The notes beneath the pieces were generated by a model that had not been told where the DNA came from, did no database searches, and was given only the letters and a program-made list of their open reading frames with translations. This document shows, in pieces, positions 48,988-59,900 of a stretch of DNA of 64,000 nt (positions are counted from its first letter, which is position 1; the number at the start of each line of letters is the position of its first letter). Source of the DNA: Alphaproteobacteria bacterium (GTDB taxonomy: Bacteria > Pseudomonadota > Alphaproteobacteria > JAQWUY01); assembly GCA_965276005.1 (NCBI GenBank), contig OZ254962.1, positions 1,887,809 to 1,951,808 of the forward strand, read 5' to 3'. The position numbers and the translations under genes are program-made.

Positions 48988-49599
48988 ATGTATAACAAAC
49001 ACACTTTACATAATATTATTCCCTTGACCAATGCGACTGTGCACACCTTACAAACATATGTGGACTTAATCGGCAAGTGGCAACGGGCGGTCAATCTGGT
49101 ATCAAAACACAGCCTTAAACACATTTGGCACCGCCATATTGCCGATAGCATACAAATATATCCCTTAATACCAACCGCCTGTAAAACCCTTGCCGACTTG
49201 GGCAGTGGCGGCGGGTTGCCGGCTATTGTCATTGCCATCTTGGCACAGGACACAGACATAGGGCAAGACATACACATCACCATGATTGAATCAGACAAAA
49301 AGAAAGCTTTGTTTTTACGACACTGCATTCGGGAATTGCACTTAAACGCATCGGTGATAAACGACAGAATCGAAAATATACAAGACACACATTTTCACAT
49401 AGTAACCGCACGGGCGTTATGTGAAGTGCGATCGCTATTGGATTTTATGACCCATCTGCAATGCCCACAAGGTATATTCCTAAAAGGCGAATCCGTTGCC
49501 CAAGAAATTGCCAATGCCAAAACCCAATACACCTTTGGCATACGCCAAACCCAATCGCTTACCCACAGCGAATCGTCCATACTGTCGATTGCCTTATAG
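48988..49599 (+). CDS. rsmG: 16S rRNA (guanine527-N7)-methyltransferase RsmG (GidB)
   Basis: 'LADLGSGGGLPAIVIAI' SAM motif. Follows mnmG. Confidence 0.85.
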   Translation: MYNKHTLHNIIPLTNATVHTLQTYVDLIGKWQRAVNLVSKHSLKHIWHRHIADSIQIYPLIPTACKTLADLGSGGGLPAIVIAILAQDTDIGQDIHITMIESDKKKALFLRHCIRELHLNASVINDRIENIQDTHFHIVTARALCEVRSLLDFMTHLQCPQGIFLKGESVAQEIANAKTQYTFGIRQTQSLTHSESSILSIAL

Positions 49600-49612
49600 T
49601 GTGCGTTGCCTA

Positions 49613-49628
49613 TGTTTCACATGAAACA
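49613..49628. promoter_or_regulatory. parS: parS-like centromere site (15/16 match to the consensus TGTTTCACGTGAAACA)
   Basis: TGTTTCACATGAAACA lies 14 nt after the rsmG stop and 140 nt upstream of parA. A half-site copy GTTTCAC sits at 49711-49717. Confidence 0.75.
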
Positions 49629-49769
49629 TTTTTATACTGCTGTGCCACTGAGGCAATGTTTTTTCATAGGTTGTATAAAAAAATTTTATCGTTTTTCGCA
49701 TTTTTTTGTTGTTTCACATATTTTTCTTTGCTATGGTGGCTGTGTACATTTTTTATATACGAGGACAGC

Positions 49770-50534
49770 ATGACCGCAAAAATATTCGCACTTGCCAATC
49801 AAAAAGGGGGCGTTGGCAAGACGACAACCGCTATTAATTTGGCAACCGCATTGGCGGTGTGCGGTAAAAAAACCTTGTTGGTCGACTTGGATTCACAGGG
49901 CAACGCATCGACCGGTGTAGGCGTGCAAGACCGCCAAGATATTATCGGCACATACGATTTATTACTGCACACCGAATACTATGACGATGCGGCTATCGAA
50001 ACCGAAATAGACAATTTTTCGATCATCCCCGCCAGCCTCGATGTGGCAACTTCAGAAGTTGCCTTGTCGAACCTGCCAGACCCGGAGCAAAACCTTAAAA
50101 AATCCCTGTTGCCATATCTGCATAAGTACGATTATATATTTCTCGATTGCCCGCCAAATTTGGGGATTATTACCCTAAATGCCCTAGTCGCCGCCGATTA
50201 TGTATTGGTGCCATTGCAAGCGGAATTTTACGCTCTCGAGGGCTTGACACAAATACTGGGTACCGTACGGCGGGTACGGGACAATATCAACCCTGATTTA
50301 CGCTTGGGCGGGGTGCTTATCACCATGTATGATCGCCGTAACAAACTGTGCTTGAATGTCGATAAGGATGTGCGAAATCACCTAGGCAGCGTGGTATTTA
50401 AAACCCTTATTCCCCGCAATGTCCGAGTGGCGGAAGCCCCGTCATATGGCACACCCGTATTGTTTTACGACCACACCTGTATCGGGGCTCAAGCGTATGC
50501 GGAACTCGCCATCGAGTTTGGGCAAAAATTTTAA
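49770..50534 (+). CDS. parA: Chromosome partitioning ATPase ParA (Soj)
   Basis: 'KIFALANQKGGVGKTTTAINLA' deviant Walker A. Start at 49770 (MTAKIFA). The track ORF 49461.. is an in-frame upstream over-extension overlapping rsmG. Confidence 0.9.
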   Translation: MTAKIFALANQKGGVGKTTTAINLATALAVCGKKTLLVDLDSQGNASTGVGVQDRQDIIGTYDLLLHTEYYDDAAIETEIDNFSIIPASLDVATSEVALSNLPDPEQNLKKSLLPYLHKYDYIFLDCPPNLGIITLNALVAADYVLVPLQAEFYALEGLTQILGTVRRVRDNINPDLRLGGVLITMYDRRNKLCLNVDKDVRNHLGSVVFKTLIPRNVRVAEAPSYGTPVLFYDHTCIGAQAYAELAIEFGQKF

Positions 50535-50552
50535 CATACAAGGACAAAAACC

Positions 50553-51440
50553 ATGGTTATTCAAGCAAAGAAAAAACACACACACCGCCACAGCGGCTTG
50601 GGACGGGGGCTGGATTCGTTAATTGCCACCACCCATTTAGACAGTCAAAAAAATGATATTTTACACATCGATGTAGCAAGCCTGCGGGCGGGTATTGGAC
50701 AGCCCCGTAAAAACTTTAACGCAACCAGTCTAAACGAACTTGCCGAATCGATTCGACAAAAAGGGCTGTTACAACCGCTGCTGATTCGTGACATTAACGG
50801 TACCAACGCCTATGAAATTGTCGCCGGCGAAAGACGCTATCGAGCGGCAAAAATTGCCGGCTTGCAGACCGTGCCTTGTATCGTCATGCAAATAGACGAT
50901 GTAACCGCCCACGAAGTCGCCCTGATTGAAAACATCCAACGGGAAGACCTCGACCCCCTAGAAGAAGCATTCGGGTATAAAACCATCATGGAAAACTTTC
51001 ACTATACCCAACAGCAAATGGCACAAATAATCGGCAAATCCCGATCCCGTATTGCCAATACGCTACGGCTGTTACAGTTGCCCGAAGAAGTGCAACAGCA
51101 CATCCGTAACGGCACCCTGACCTCAGGACATGCCAAAGTATTGGTCGGCGTCAAAAACGCAACAACAATCGCCAAAAAAATCATCAGCGAAAACATGAGT
51201 GTACGGCAAACAGAACAATACATCAAAGATCTAAAAAATCCCACAAAACCCTCAAAAAATACAAACGATACCAGCGATTCGTTACAACAGACCCAACAAC
51301 AGCTGTTAAGCCAACTGTACAACCGCCCCGTAAACATCAAAATAAACGCCAAAGGGGCGGGCAAAATCACTCTGCCGTTTGACAACAAACACGATATGGA
51401 ACAGCTGTTAAACGCCCTTGCCAACATGCGGGGAGAGTAA
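50553..51440 (+). CDS. parB: Chromosome partitioning protein ParB (Spo0J)
   Basis: 'GLLQPLLIR', 'YEIVAGERRYRAAKIAGL' ParB box II (GERRxRA). HTH 'QQQMAQIIGKSRSRIANTLRLL'. Confidence 0.9.
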   Translation: MVIQAKKKHTHRHSGLGRGLDSLIATTHLDSQKNDILHIDVASLRAGIGQPRKNFNATSLNELAESIRQKGLLQPLLIRDINGTNAYEIVAGERRYRAAKIAGLQTVPCIVMQIDDVTAHEVALIENIQREDLDPLEEAFGYKTIMENFHYTQQQMAQIIGKSRSRIANTLRLLQLPEEVQQHIRNGTLTSGHAKVLVGVKNATTIAKKIISENMSVRQTEQYIKDLKNPTKPSKNTNDTSDSLQQTQQQLLSQLYNRPVNIKINAKGAGKITLPFDNKHDMEQLLNALANMRGE

Positions 51441-51546
51441 AATAATTTTTTATTATGCCCAGTAAAAACAGAAAAATATTGCTCAAATAATAAAAATATA
51501 GTATATTTTTGCTATAATACAGCAATTTTTAAAAGGAAATATACAT

Positions 51547-52350
51547 ATGAAAATCACCCCCTTTGCCTATGTTTTTCATGCCGTATGGTTTGTTGTGAAA
51601 CATATCATCGACATGACAAAGTTGGTTATATGTATCCCGGTTGCCTTGTCTGTTTTTATACTATTTATAGAATATGTTATCAGTGGTGAAATGTTCGGCG
51701 ATTCCACCAGTGGTAATATGGTACCTGATATTATAATTACCTCTGTATTTTTATTTTTTTGTGTAAAGTATGCCTTAACACAGATACAAACAGACGCACA
51801 ACCATTTTCCTTTAAAACCCTAGTACAAGTAAAGGACACATCAAGCAAACAACACCCTATCATAAAGGTATTCTTAAAGGGACTTTTATTTTCTATCTTA
51901 TTGCTTCCCATGTTATTGTTGGGATTTAGTATATATAGTACCCCCCATATGACAGCAGGGGTTATACTTAGTATTTTACTGTTCATGATGGGTATTATAT
52001 ACATTAGATTAAGATTTATTTTGATTGCCACTGCTATGGAAGATATAGCAACAATAGAACATATTTGGTGTATGACCAAAGGTTTTAATGTGGCGTATTT
52101 TAAATTTATGATTGCCTTATTGATATTGACCACACTGTGGCTGATTTTAAATGCCATATTTTTTGTACTCTTTACTTTGATAGAATCCACATGGGCAAAT
52201 ACCATTTGGGGTGAATCTGCCTTGTTTATATTTATCGGCACCATATATTGGTTGTTTTACGCTATGTACAATCACGCATTTTTATTATTTTACTTGGACT
52301 TAAAAAAGTTATATCATGACACCAACACCTATAGACTATGGGAAATATGA
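51547..52350 (+). CDS. Polytopic membrane protein, paralog 1 of a tandem triplicate family (function unknown)
   Basis: N-terminus 'MKITPFAYVFHAVWFVVKHI' is shared with paralogs 2 and 3 (M[RQ][IV]TPFKY). About 6 TM segments. -10 TATAAT and an AAGGA RBS upstream. Confidence 0.5.
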   Translation: MKITPFAYVFHAVWFVVKHIIDMTKLVICIPVALSVFILFIEYVISGEMFGDSTSGNMVPDIIITSVFLFFCVKYALTQIQTDAQPFSFKTLVQVKDTSSKQHPIIKVFLKGLLFSILLLPMLLLGFSIYSTPHMTAGVILSILLFMMGIIYIRLRFILIATAMEDIATIEHIWCMTKGFNVAYFKFMIALLILTTLWLILNAIFFVLFTLIESTWANTIWGESALFIFIGTIYWLFYAMYNHAFLLFYLDLKKLYHDTNTYRLWEI

Positions 52351-52388
52351 TTGTAAAACCAAAACAGATGTATACAGGAGAATTTTAT

Positions 52389-53210
52389 ATGCGAATAACA
52401 CCTTTTAAATATGCCCTAGATGCCAATATTTTTGTCTTAAAAAACTTTGACAATGTGGTGCGATTGGTTTTGGTTTACACGCTTATTAGCACGCTGTTAT
52501 ATGTGACAGACGCTACAAACATAGACCAAAAATTACATCTAGGGCTAGACGATATAATCAATGTGCAATTTGTGTTGGCATTACTTGCCCAACAGTTTTT
52601 GTTCATTATGTATATTGTGCCCTACATCCAATACGCATATGCCAAGCACCAAAACCCAAACACAGATGCCCGCCCTAGCGTACAAATGTCGGTGTCGTGG
52701 AATACCTATAAAAGTGCATATTTTATCGCCACCTTGAAAATTATTTTCTGGACGATAATAGCCTTTGTTGTTTTATTTATGCCTCTGCTTATATTCGTTT
52801 TTTTTGACCCCATGACCAGTGTTTTTAGAATCATTATTGCCGTTATATGTGTAGGGACAATTTTAATATTTTCGCTGATTACAGCCCTGCGGTTACAAAT
52901 GGCAGCCATCGCCGCCGCATTGGGGCAAGATGCCCGTATCACATACGCATGGGAAATCACCAAGGAACACAAAGGCAAATTGTTTTTGTTGCTGGTATCC
53001 AATGTTATATTTGTCCTATTGTGGTATGGGGCGTCTGAACTTGTAAGCCTACCTTTTGCGACAGCGGACTCCCTGTGGGCAAATATTTTTGGTACCTTTA
53101 TAGAATTTCTTGTCGTTTGCATAGGCACTATAACAGCAACGCACAGCATGATGCTATTTTTTACCGCCCGACAAGACAGCATCGAAAATGCTAAAAAATA
53201 CACGGTGTAG
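52389..53210 (+). CDS. Polytopic membrane protein, paralog 2
   Basis: 'MRITPFKYALDANIFVLKNFDNVVRL…VPYIQYAYAKHQNP…' with an AGGAG RBS. The track ORF 52338.. is an over-extension. Confidence 0.5.
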   Translation: MRITPFKYALDANIFVLKNFDNVVRLVLVYTLISTLLYVTDATNIDQKLHLGLDDIINVQFVLALLAQQFLFIMYIVPYIQYAYAKHQNPNTDARPSVQMSVSWNTYKSAYFIATLKIIFWTIIAFVVLFMPLLIFVFFDPMTSVFRIIIAVICVGTILIFSLITALRLQMAAIAAALGQDARITYAWEITKEHKGKLFLLLVSNVIFVLLWYGASELVSLPFATADSLWANIFGTFIEFLVVCIGTITATHSMMLFFTARQDSIENAKKYTV

Positions 53211-53288
53211 GGTGTTAAAAAATATGTGCACCACCATTATAAATCTGTTATAATACCGCCGTAAACATACAAGTCTGGAGGATTTTAT

Positions 53289-54077
53289 ATGCAGGTAACA
53301 CCTTTTAAATATGTCATCGATGCCCATGTCTTTGCTGTCAAGAACTTTGAAAACATTGTGCGGTTATGCTTGTTGGCGGGTGTTATTGGCACGGTGTCTA
53401 CCGTATTGGATTTTGGCACCCCACCACTCCTAGACGCACAAGGCAATTTCACCGCTGTACTCACTTGGGATTTAGCGGTTACGGTGGTTGTGAATTTTAT
53501 TCTAAGCGTTATGTTTACCGTGCCATATATCCAATACGCCCACACAAAAAGCCAACGGCCCACCGCACATATTCGCCCGCATATTCAGATGTCGCTGGGG
53601 TGGAATAAATATAAAACCGCTTACCTTATTGCCAGCTTAAAAGTGTTTGCCATGTGGTTTGCCTTGATTGTGTTGGTGATTGTTGCAGATGCTGTATTAA
53701 GTGTGCCACCGCTTGTCAGCATCACCGTATTTTTAATTGCCATAGCGTTTATATTACGGCTGTATGTGATAACAACCGCCGCCGCATTGGGCGATAGCTC
53801 TGACATCAAAGCCATCTGGCACATCACCCAAACGCACACCGGAAAATTTATGATTTTAATCGTCTGTAATGTTTTTTTTATGATAACATGGGGGGTGGTC
53901 ATATCCATACTCAGCACCCCATTTTTAACCGTCGATACATGGTGGGCAGAAGTTGTGGGTACCTTTATACAAATTATGTTGACATACGCTATGACCCTTG
54001 CCATTGCCCATAGTTTTTTGTTGCTGTATACGGCGATAAAACCGTCCAAACATACCAATACAACATATGACATATAA
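53289..54077 (+). CDS. Polytopic membrane protein, paralog 3
   Basis: 'MQVTPFKYVIDAHVFAVKNFENIVRL…VPYIQYAHTKSQRP…' with a GGAGG RBS. Closest to paralog 2. Confidence 0.5.
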   Translation: MQVTPFKYVIDAHVFAVKNFENIVRLCLLAGVIGTVSTVLDFGTPPLLDAQGNFTAVLTWDLAVTVVVNFILSVMFTVPYIQYAHTKSQRPTAHIRPHIQMSLGWNKYKTAYLIASLKVFAMWFALIVLVIVADAVLSVPPLVSITVFLIAIAFILRLYVITTAAALGDSSDIKAIWHITQTHTGKFMILIVCNVFFMITWGVVISILSTPFLTVDTWWAEVVGTFIQIMLTYAMTLAIAHSFLLLYTAIKPSKHTNTTYDI

Positions 54078-54090
54078 GAACAATACTCTC

Positions 54091-55125
54091 ATGAAAAATA
54101 AATCTGCTAGATATATCATATCCGTTGTTTTGTGTGTTATTGGGGTACACTTTTTCCCCGCTTATGCCGCCGCTGTCAACACACAATCGGGGGCGGTTAT
54201 TGTCATGTTTCACCGCTTTGGTCAAAATACGCACCCCAGTACCAATGTAACCCTGCAGCAGCTCAACACTTTTGTATCGTATATACAGAACAACGGGTTT
54301 AGCGTTCGCCCCTTATCACAAGTGGTAACCGCTGTGCAAAACGGCGATTTTGTACCGGCAAAAACGGTGGTTATCACCATCGACGATGCGTATAAATCGA
54401 TTTATACCCACGCATATCCGCTGTTTAAACGGGCGGGGTTTCCATTTACCGTGTTTTTGTCTAGCCGGGAGATAGGCGGAAAAAATTTCCTGTCTTGGCA
54501 ACAGGTTAGCGAAATGGCAGCCGATGGCGTCGATTTTCAAGCCCACACGCACACCCACGCCCACATGCCCCAACGCACCACAGAACAAAATATAGCAGAC
54601 ATCGACACCAATGTAAAATTGATTGAAAAATACACAGGGATAAAACCCACCTTGTTTGCGTATCCCTATGGAGAGGCTAGTACAGATACTATCGATACGG
54701 TTAAAAACATGGGGTTTCGTGCGGGATTTTCGCAACACTCTGGTGTATTTACCCCAACTGGCGATATGTTTTATATCCCAAGGTTTTCCCTAAACGAAAA
54801 ATACGCCACCACAGAACGGATAAAGTTGGTATTAAACGCCCGCCCCTTTGCCGTTACCGCTTTCAGCCCCAACAACCCACACATCGACAAAAACAACCCG
54901 CCGGTGATACACTTCAGCGTCCCCGAATCGCTAAAATCGTTGCACAATATAAACTGTTTTTATAACGGTGTTGCCAAGATGACCACAAACAAAACCTATC
55001 CCACCGTCACCTTAACTTTCGACCAACCATTCGGCAGCGGCAGGCACCGCATCAACTGCACCGCCCGCCATCCAGACGGTCGGGGATACCGTTGGCTTGG
55101 CATGCAATATGTGGTAACGCCATAA
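54091..55125 (+). CDS. Polysaccharide deacetylase (NodB-homology domain, CE4) with signal peptide
   Basis: 'VVITIDDAYKSIYTHAYPLFKRAGFPFTVFLSSREIG…LSWQQVSEMAADGVDFQAHTHTHAHM' are NodB motifs (TIDD, H-x4-H region). N-terminal MKNKSARYIISVVLCVIGVHFFPAYA is a signal peptide. Confidence 0.75.
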   Translation: MKNKSARYIISVVLCVIGVHFFPAYAAAVNTQSGAVIVMFHRFGQNTHPSTNVTLQQLNTFVSYIQNNGFSVRPLSQVVTAVQNGDFVPAKTVVITIDDAYKSIYTHAYPLFKRAGFPFTVFLSSREIGGKNFLSWQQVSEMAADGVDFQAHTHTHAHMPQRTTEQNIADIDTNVKLIEKYTGIKPTLFAYPYGEASTDTIDTVKNMGFRAGFSQHSGVFTPTGDMFYIPRFSLNEKYATTERIKLVLNARPFAVTAFSPNNPHIDKNNPPVIHFSVPESLKSLHNINCFYNGVAKMTTNKTYPTVTLTFDQPFGSGRHRINCTARHPDGRGYRWLGMQYVVTP

Positions 55126-55134
55126 AAAATAACG

Positions 55135-56496
55135 CTACTTGCCGATACAAAAATCGGCAAATACGATGTCGAGGATGTGTTCTACATCCACTTGCCCGGT
55201 GATTTTACCCAATGCCCGCACAGCTAGTCTGAGCTCTTCGGCTGTCAATTCGATACTTGCGGCGGATTTTGCCCGGGTGATATATTCTACGCACTGCTGC
55301 AGTGCCACCCGGTGGCGATGGCGGGTAATCATCGGCTCTGATGGCACGGCGAATCGCTTTAAAATCAGTCCCTTTAAATGGGATATAAACGCCTCTAAGC
55401 CCTGTTCCGTTAGTGCAGACACACAAAATATATTTTCAGCGGCTGAGGGGGCTTTAAAATCGCTTTTTTCCGATTTGTTGGCAACCACTATCACGGCAGC
55501 GGTGGGATTGTCGATGGTCGACAGCCTGCTTTGCACATACCCCTCATTTATGCGTACATCGCTGCCATCTGCGACCAAAACCACAATATCCGCATTGTTT
55601 GCCGCATCGATTGCCCGCTTGATGCCTTCGCTTTCGACAGCATCTGTGCTGTGTCGCACGCCGGCGGTGTCCAACACCCGCACCGCATAGCCGCCAATGT
55701 CCAAATGCACTTCGATCACATCACGGGTGGTGCCGGCGGTGGGGGACACAATCGCCACATCTCGCTTTGCCAGCGTATTCACCAAAGACGACTTGCCCGC
55801 ATTCGGATCGCCAATAACAGCCACCTGAATACCACTGCGAATGCGTTCGCTAATACCGCCACAGTGTAGGTGCTTGTCCATATCGGCAACAAGCCCATCG
55901 ATTTTCGCAAAAGCGTTTTGTGCCACATCAGCGGGCAAGTCTTCATCGGGAAAATCCATATACGCTTCATAATGGGCAAGTATGGGCAACAAGGTATCCG
56001 CCCACTGGGTGTATTTTTGCCGCATCCCCCCCTGATATTGATATTGGGCCTGCCGCATTTGCATAGCAGTTTCGGCGTTTATAAGATCCATCACCCCTTC
56101 GCTTTGCGTTAAATCCATCTTGCCATTGACAAACGCCCGTTTGCAAAATGCCCCCGGTTCTGCCAAGCTGGCACCGGCACCTTCGAGAGCAGTAAACAGC
56201 TTATCGATAACCGCTCGTGACCCGTGACAATGCCATTCGACCACATCTTCACCGGTGAAAGAATAAGGGGCGGGAAATACCACCGCCATCGCATGGTCTA
56301 TGTCCGTGTTATCGCTGGGATCCACCAACCGCACCCTTCGCAACATACGGGGGGGGAAATCAGACACAGCCGTATCAGCCACCAACCTATCGGCAATAGC
56401 GATAGCCGTTGCCCCCGATAGCCGCACCACCGCAACCCCCGCCCGTCCCACAGCAGACGCCAGAGCGTAAATGGTTGCGGATTGTCCCATCGACAT
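55135..56496 (-). CDS. mnmE: tRNA modification GTPase MnmE (TrmE)
   Basis: 'GDPNAGKSSLVN', 'DTAG', 'NKSE' G-domain motifs. C-terminal 'CIGK' tetrapeptide. 453 aa. Confidence 0.92.
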   Translation of the reverse strand: MSMGQSATIYALASAVGRAGVAVVRLSGATAIAIADRLVADTAVSDFPPRMLRRVRLVDPSDNTDIDHAMAVVFPAPYSFTGEDVVEWHCHGSRAVIDKLFTALEGAGASLAEPGAFCKRAFVNGKMDLTQSEGVMDLINAETAMQMRQAQYQYQGGMRQKYTQWADTLLPILAHYEAYMDFPDEDLPADVAQNAFAKIDGLVADMDKHLHCGGISERIRSGIQVAVIGDPNAGKSSLVNTLAKRDVAIVSPTAGTTRDVIEVHLDIGGYAVRVLDTAGVRHSTDAVESEGIKRAIDAANNADIVVLVADGSDVRINEGYVQSRLSTIDNPTAAVIVVANKSEKSDFKAPSAAENIFCVSALTEQGLEAFISHLKGLILKRFAVPSEPMITRHRHRVALQQCVEYITRAKSAASIELTAEELRLAVRALGKITGQVDVEHILDIVFADFCIGK

Positions 56497-56497
56497 C

Positions 56498-56821
56498 CTA
56501 CGCTAACACAGAATCGACCCAAGATTCAAGGTCTGCCTTACCGGCGGCACCAACCTTCTGACCGATAACTTCACCGCCCTTAAACACCAGCAAAGTGGGA
56601 ATCCCCCGCACGGCAAACTTTGCCGCCAAATCTTGATTTTCATCCACATTGACTTTGACCACTTTCAAGGTGTCATGGCGATCGGTTGCCAACTGTTCCA
56701 ATGCGGGTGCCAACGCCACACACGGACCACACCAAGGTGCCCAAAAATCCAATAAAACCGGGGTATCCGATTGTAATACCACCGCATCAAAATCCGCATT
56801 CGAAACCGCTATTGCTGTCAT
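56498..56821 (-). CDS. trxA: Thioredoxin
   Basis: 'WAPWCGPC' active site. 107 aa. Confidence 0.92.
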   Translation of the reverse strand: MTAIAVSNADFDAVVLQSDTPVLLDFWAPWCGPCVALAPALEQLATDRHDTLKVVKVNVDENQDLAAKFAVRGIPTLLVFKGGEVIGQKVGAAGKADLESWVDSVLA

Positions 56822-56914
56822 ATGTTTTCTCCTTGAAAGTTATATTTTCGCCGTTATTATACCACACAAAATTAAAAAAATCTAGTGTGCCCTTATCCCA
56901 TATATATAATGTCC

Positions 56915-59900
56915 CTAGCTGGGCATTTCAAGTAAGAAACAGTTATATGTCCACAATACGGCAGTGCGAATGGTTTTATGGGGATAAATGGCAGTGATTA
57001 AATCGCCGTATATTTTTAATTGCCGTTTGTAGATATTTGGCACTTTGTCTATGGTTGCAGCAGCCGGGCGGTTGGATTTAAAATCGACAACCCACACCGT
57101 ATCGCCGACCACACACAAGCGATCGATAACAGCATTTACGGGGACTTGTTTTCCGTCCACAGAGACAATACCAGACACGGGCACTTCCGCACGGGCGGTC
57201 GGGGCAAATATAAACGGGTATTTTTCGATCACCGCTAATATTTCGCTCATATATTCCCGTTGTGTCGCCGCATCCAGTTTAAAACGGGGGGTTTGCAAGT
57301 ATCTTTGTACAGTATCCGCCCGCTTTTCGGGGGCAATACCGCCAATATTTTCTAGCACCCGGTGCATGATATTGCCCCGTTTATACATATCGTTTACCGC
57401 CCCCTTATGCTGTATCAATGGACTGGGGGCAGGGGTCGTATCTTGGGTCACAGCATCGGACGGACGCAGCGGACGGGCGGTAGGGGATTCGGTTTTGGCA
57501 TCCTGATACGCCCAATCAGGGATAGGCACAACACGGGTAGGTTTTTCGTCTGCTGTGTCCTCCATATTTTCAACTGGCGTAGGCGGTGGGTTATATGCGT
57601 ACTCGTATATATATTGAGAATAATCCTTGCTGGTTTGGCTTTCGCTTTGCCAAATTTTTTCGTTTTTATAGGATACATAGGGGGATTTTCGACATGATTC
57701 TAAGTCCTGCATGCCTCCATACAAGGCGTCATACCAACAGCTATTCCTATGCTTGCGTCCATATCCGCCGCATATGAGTATATCTTCCGCACGGGTCATC
57801 GCCACATACAATAACCGCTTGCTTTCCGCATCGGTTTTATCTAGCATGTGTTGCGTAATGTGCAGTTTGTCATAGGCAACCAACCGTTGTGCCGTATCAT
57901 TGGCAACGACAAGGTGCGTTTTATTCTCATTCCACAGTAAAGTTTCCTTGTACGACTCCGCACGGTAACAATCGGGGACAATGACAATCGGGGCTTCCAG
58001 CCCTTTGGCACCGTGTATGGTCATGATGCGGACTTGGGTATTTTGTACACTGTCTGCGTCCCGTTTGATTTCCACATTGTCATTTTTTACCTTGTCGAGT
58101 ATCCCTTGTATAGTAGGGATATTATCGAGTTCATCGGTCATTGCCAGCTGTAACAATTCATCGATAACATCGGTGACTTGCCCGCCCAATCGGGCGACAA
58201 AGGCTTGCCTGCCGGTAAGCGGTTTCACGCCGCCGCCATGCAATACACACGGGCTGTTTAACACAGTATTTATCATTTCAAACGGGCGGGCAAAGTCCGC
58301 CATGTCGAGAAACTTTTGTAGGTAATTGACCGCATCCGCATGTTGTGGACATTCCCGTATCGCCTGCCACAGGGTTTTTCTGCCCCGATTGTGGGCAAAA
58401 TGGCATATATCTTCGTCCGTTAGCCCTACCAAAGGGGATTTTAACACACATGCCAACGACAAATCGTCCTCTGGCAATATGGCAAACTGCAACAGTGCCA
58501 AAATGTCCTTAATGGCGATATTTTCATACAGTTTTAAACGGTCACTGCCCGCCACCGCCACGCCTATATAATTTAAAGTGCGAATCAGTGCATCGACAAA
58601 ACTGCCGATGCGGTTTTTTACCAATACCAATATATCACCCGCCTGTGCCATACGCTGTTTTGACGGCAAATATGTAGGGTGGTGTAGCATATGATAAATT
58701 GTATAGGCTATTTCCTGAGCGTAAGCAATCGAAGCTTTGGGAATCATGTTGTTTTGGCTGTACAGCACGGGCAGCAGCAGCACCCGCCCATACGCCGCCG
58801 CCCGATGGGCGTCGTGGACAATAGGCGTATCCGTCCCCAATTGGGTCATACCCGCCCGTGCCATAGTCGTATCGACCCATTGTAACACCGCCGGTACCGT
58901 ACGAAACGACACGGCAAGGGGAATGTCCTGAAACGCATACCCCGCCCCCTCAGACATATTTTTAAAATGGGTTTTGTTGTCGAAAAACCCTTGCGGATCC
59001 GCCCCTTGAAAACTGTAAATAGATTGCTTGTCGTCCCCCACCGCAAATACTGTATGGTCAGGATATGCGGTGGTTTGCTGTGCGGGGGCGGCAAAAAACG
59101 GCTCGATAATGTGCCGTAATATCGCCCATTGCTGCGGCGAAGTGTCCTGCGATTCGTCAAGCAGTATATGCTGATGCCCCCGATCGGTTTTATAGGTGAC
59201 CCAATCGGCGATGCCTTGTTTGCTAAACAACCGTTCTGTGTAAGTGATAATATCATCAAAATCCAGTACATTGTGAACCCGTTTTAGCCGTGTATAGCCC
59301 CGTATAAAATGGTCCGCCACTTGTAGTAACGATTCGGTGTTTTGTGCCATGTGCAAGCACATAGTTTTATCTTTATATGTTTTATATACGCTCGACACAG
59401 GCTGTAATATATGGATATTTTGTTTTAGTATAGCGGGTGCTTTTCCCCTGCCCAAAGAAAAACCTGTGCCATCTGATTTATAAAAACTTTCAATAAAATA
59501 ATATGCCACATCAAAGGTTATAATGTTAGTAAATAGCACATCAATGGCATTGATATATTCCGCTGTTTTTTTCCCGCTTGCACCTTGAATAGCATGATAA
59601 AATTGTTGTATAATCTCTTTCATATCCAAAAATTGTTGTACAAATTGCCGTTGATACATATCGACCGTATCGGACGGTTGCACCCCTAATGTGGCATATA
59701 TATCGAAACCGTTTTTAAGCACTTTTTCGAAAGCGTAGCGATGTTCAAAAACCGCTTCGATTTTCCCATCGAAACTGTTTTTGCCACCGTGTTTCATCAG
59801 CCGTTGCAAATGGGGAATACAAGCGGGGTCTTGTGCCAATATATTGAACACTTGTTGTCTCAGTGCCTGTTCGTCTTCCAGTACTCCAAAACCCACCGGC

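Noticed and set aside
49461-49769. The 5' extension of the parA ORF (MPTRYIPKRR…) overlapping the rsmG 3' end
   Set aside because: An in-frame read-through of the rsmG-parA spacer, which contains parS and promoter elements. The canonical ParA N-terminus with RBS begins at 49770.
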